Positions 60,485-64,000 of a DNA stretch of 64,000 nucleotides are shown in pieces. The DNA is from Carcharhinus amblyrhynchos. Its lineage: Eukaryota. Made by a program: the position numbers and the translations under genes. The stretch lies in assembly GCA_965287045.1 (NCBI GenBank), contig OZ336884.1, forward strand, positions 51,708,001 through 51,772,000, given 5' to 3'. Under the pieces are notes generated by a model. That model did not search any database. It was not told the origin of the DNA and saw only the letters and a program-made list of their open reading frames with translations. Each line of letters begins with the position of its first letter. Position 1 is the stretch's first letter.

Positions 60485-60710
60485 TGTTCTCCCAGTGACT
60501 TGACCAATATTTTGCCGTCAGCCAACATTTCTGAAACAAACTATTTAGCTATTTTCACATTGCAGTTTGAGGAAGCCTGCTGTGTGTAAATTGGCAGCTA
60601 TTTCTCCTGCATTACAACAGTGATAACACTCCAAAACTACTTTATTGGCAGTAGACACTCTGGGACATCCTGAGGCCAAATAGGGTGCCATTAAAATGCA
60701 AGCTCTTCCC
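60485..60710 (+). mobile_element. Deu-domain SINE (SacSINE1-like) 3' part
   Basis: gttctccc..ccaatattt..gctgtgtgtaaattggcagct..cattacaacagtga..gggacatcctgagg..aaatgcaag, resembling recalled shark DeuSINE. Confidence 0.55.
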
Positions 60711-62457
60711 CTTGTTCACATTTACACTGCTGGATTCAAACATATGGGCTGTATACAGCTGATGACAACACCCCTGTAAACATGTCACATTTCCCATCAC
60801 TGGAGGCTGGGAAATGTAATAATTTACATCTGCCCAGCTGCTTTCAGGCCTTACTGAACCTGGCAAGTTTATCTTTACTTGAACTGCCAGCTGTGCAGGA
60901 TCTGAGCAGAACGAACTCACCATGAGCATATTATTCAGGTGGCTGACCTTTTAAAATTAACCATTGCTGGGATGGAAATCAACATAGCTGCATGCCATTT
61001 TCATCACAACAATGTCACACATTATAATACGAAGTTGGGGGGGTGCGCAGGGGGCGGAGAGCAGGAGGATGCTTTGCAATTCAATTTAACTTGTATTACA
61101 TCATATCACATTGGTAGTCCTATGCCGTAAAATGATTTGACAAGCACTCTTCAGTAGAGGTGTTGCTTTTTAACAACTGTACCTACGGGAATGATAATTA
61201 TTTTTAAAGAACACAGAGCCACAATTAAAGCAGTCATTAGGAAAAATTGAATACAACGTGATTTCAAACATTGTGAATGTGTGCGCTACTTTTAACGTCG
61301 CACTGATTGAGCCTCTCAGGTATGTCACAAGCTTCACTTAGTAATTCTATGGGAAAAATGTCCTCATCATGTGGGAAGGTAGCGATGTGTTGCAAATCCA
61401 ATCATCACATTTATTTCCACGTTAAAACAATCCCCTCAATCAGCAGCACTGTCACTGATAATCTCAGGCAACTCCTGTCTTCATCTCAAAATCAGCTCCC
61501 TACAAATAGGAAAAAAGTTAACCACTAAGTATTTTCCTGTCTTGACCAATTCCTGCTCATTTGTCACAACACCAAAGCACTGTCTTGGGAAGTTCTGAAC
61601 AAGCTAACACACCTAAAAGCTTACAGGAAGTTTATTCATGCATTTTTAAAGAATACATAACCCAATGACTGATTCAGTATCTCTATTGTGTGGATTAAAA
61701 TGCATCGTTCAAGGGTTCTTGCCTCCGGTTAACATTTCTGCCAGAAACGTGTCTGTATAAATATTACAGGCCAGTGCAGCATTGGTGTAAATTGTGGCAC
61801 TCCCATGCCCAAACCTGCACTCGAAAAGTGGACATGAGTAAACGGCCAGCATCTGTAGAGCAGTATCTTAGAAAGACTACTTCAAGAAAGTAGGAAAAAA
61901 ACCATAGTCCTACATATTTCCATTTCATATTTCCGGACTACTTGATCTTATTTTACAAGGTGGAACTACAAAAAGGATTGCACTTAAAATGTATGTTTAA
62001 GCAGGATATGATGTAAGCAAAATTCAAAAGGATCAGTACATACTGATGTAGCAGTATGGGTGGAAGCGAATTGACACCTGATGCCTGTGGCTGGTTCAGG
62101 AGTGGTCCTTGAACATAACCTGAATAATGTAGGTAAGCTGCCAGCATGGCTTTAAAGGCAGTTTTCTGCTTTGCAACAGACAATTTCAGGCTTCCAGCTT
62201 CATTGGTAGCACTCGGGTAATTTAAATCCTATCCAGCCCTGAGCTAAATGCACATACACTCAGGAGGGAGAACAGTTGTGTGGAGCCGGTCAAGGATAAC
62301 AGCAAAGGTATGAAGTTGGAAGGTTTTAAAAGTTAAGTAAGTTTTCCAGGACATTTTTTGAAATAATTTGGCTATTATCTGGAGGCCACTGACTTTAGGT
62401 GATGACTGTCACTGAAAGAATCTATTCTGCTCCCTGCAACTTGCTTTCAGGTGAGGA

Positions 62458-62975
62458 AGCATAGGAACATGGGAAAAGAAGGAGGCCATTCAGCCCATCG
62501 AGCCCGCTCTACTATTCAATGAGATAGTGGCTAATCATCCACTTCAATGCCTTTTGCCTACACTATCCCTGTCACTAGCATTTAGAAATCTGTCGATCTC
62601 TGCTTTAAACATACACAATGATGGCATTTCCACAGATTTTAGGGGAACCAAAACTACACACAGTACTCCAGGTGCAGTCTAATCAAGGTTCTACACAACT
62701 GAAGCAGGATTTGGCCAGCCCTGTACTCAAATCCTCTTACGAGCAAGGTTAACCTACCACAATCTTCCAAATTGCTTGCTGCGCCGTCAAGCTAGCCTTC
62801 CAATTTGTACTACTACTCTGGCTCCTATCTGCCTGACAAGCTAGACTGAACCCTCCCCAATAACACTAGCAAATCTCCATGCAAGGATATTAGTCCCTAT
62901 CTTGTTAAGGTGTGGCCTGGCTAGCTTGTAGAGGTCCCATCTGCCCCCAAACCAGTCTCTATGCCTGAGAAATCG
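62458..62975 (-). mobile_element. Internally deleted old CR1 (ORF1 C-terminus joined to RT remnant and 3'UTR)
   Basis: RWDLYKLARPHLNKIGTNILAWRFASVIGEG (SGNH-esterase ORF1 end) at about 62840-62960, then HLEYCV.FW and the CR1 tail. Confidence 0.65.
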
Positions 62976-63789
62976 GTCCAAAAAGAGATGGTAGACAACT
63001 TATTATCATGACTTATCAGTGCCTGCTCAACAGATATTTGGGATAGGCAATAAATGTTGGTCTTGCCAGCAACCCCCAATCCCAAGACTGAGTAAAAGAA
63101 ACGGGCTTAATTGCTCATTTTAGGCTGTTGTCAGGGATGATGAAAATTGGTGCAATTCAATTAGGGTGCAGTATACTGGAGCCCAATATTAAAGCACCCT
63201 GTACTCATTTTATGCCATGGAATGGGTTCAACAGGGTACAATTTCTACTCCAAATATTTCATTAAATGTTCTGCCATTGTTAACATGGATTTTGGTTTAC
63301 TAAATTAATTTATTAAATTAATTGAAGAGCAATATGTACATACAATGATTTGAAACTATATTCACTGCTTTGAAACATTACACTACATCCAATTGGCAAT
63401 ATGTACATTTTTATTAATCAAAGCATAGGCTGAATCCCTTATTAAGTTGAAAGTAAACAGTGCCTGAGAGGGTATGTGCAAGCCATGATTAAGAGTGTTG
63501 AACAGAAGGCTGTTTTGGAGAGACTGGCTGTTTATCACAGCCAAATTGAATGTAATATTACTTGAAAGATGCTTAATTGAGTTGACTGTTTTGGAAGTCC
63601 AGCTCTCAGCTCAGGTCTAGGAGTGCAGCAGAAATAACCAATGAGAATCACTGAGCAAATCATTATGTATGGAATGAAGATGTGCACACAATGTTTTTTT
63701 AAAAGCTTGTTTCTCAAAAGATTGCATGTACTTTGCCACATTGAATACGACAACACAGTTTAGTGGATTAATTTTAAACAATGGACACG

Positions 63790-64000
63790 TGCCATATGAG
63801 ATTAAGAGGTAACTGTGGAGCAGGTGGTCATGTGTACATTGGGATGGTGTGGACACAAGAAGTGATGGGTTAGCAGCATGGGAGTTCTCCCCAGCATGGA
63901 TAGTCACACGTGCAAAGATTGTTGAATAAACCCTTCTGCCTGTTAGTTCTTTGTCATCAGTTCATTCAACCCAGCAACTTTAACATGGTGTCAGCGCAGG
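63790..64000 (+). mobile_element. Probable Ty3/Gypsy 5' LTR plus primer-binding site
   Basis: TG..AATAAA(63925)..aaCA(63985) followed directly by TGGTGTCAG, complementary to the 3' end of tRNA-Leu. The LTR start is a guess. Confidence 0.55.

Noticed and set aside
15700-64000. DMD exon 55 (and exon 58 in 1-2486)
   Set aside because: No matching peptide seen in the ORF track or by eye. Both flanking introns are large in other vertebrates. A manual scan cannot fully exclude them.

Overview
Vertebrate genomic DNA, almost certainly from a shark or other elasmobranch (HE1-type V-SINEs, several CR1 LINE families, Penelope elements). The window lies inside the dystrophin (DMD) gene, transcribed on the - strand. 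It contains the orthologues of human exon 56 (15172-15344, 173 nt) and exon 57 (2487-2643, 157 nt), the whole of intron 56 (12.5 kb), over 48 kb of intron 55 and the start of intron 57. An alternative first coding exon 190 nt upstream of exon 56 (MPQRKTYYVK|gtcagt) matches the Schwann-cell isoform Dp116 (human MLHRKTYHVK). It may carry an in-frame N-terminal extension. The rest is intronic and rich in nested mobile elements: CR1, L2, RTE, Tx1/L1, Rex1-like LINEs, SINEs, MITE-like elements, two solo LTRs and a probable Gypsy 5' LTR plus PBS at the right edge. The most notable non-coding signal is a set of Penelope inverted-repeat insertions with target-site duplications whose arms carry minimal hammerhead ribozymes with co-varying stem II. 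Repeat family names and human comparisons come from recalled sequences, not from searches, and repeat boundaries are approximate.
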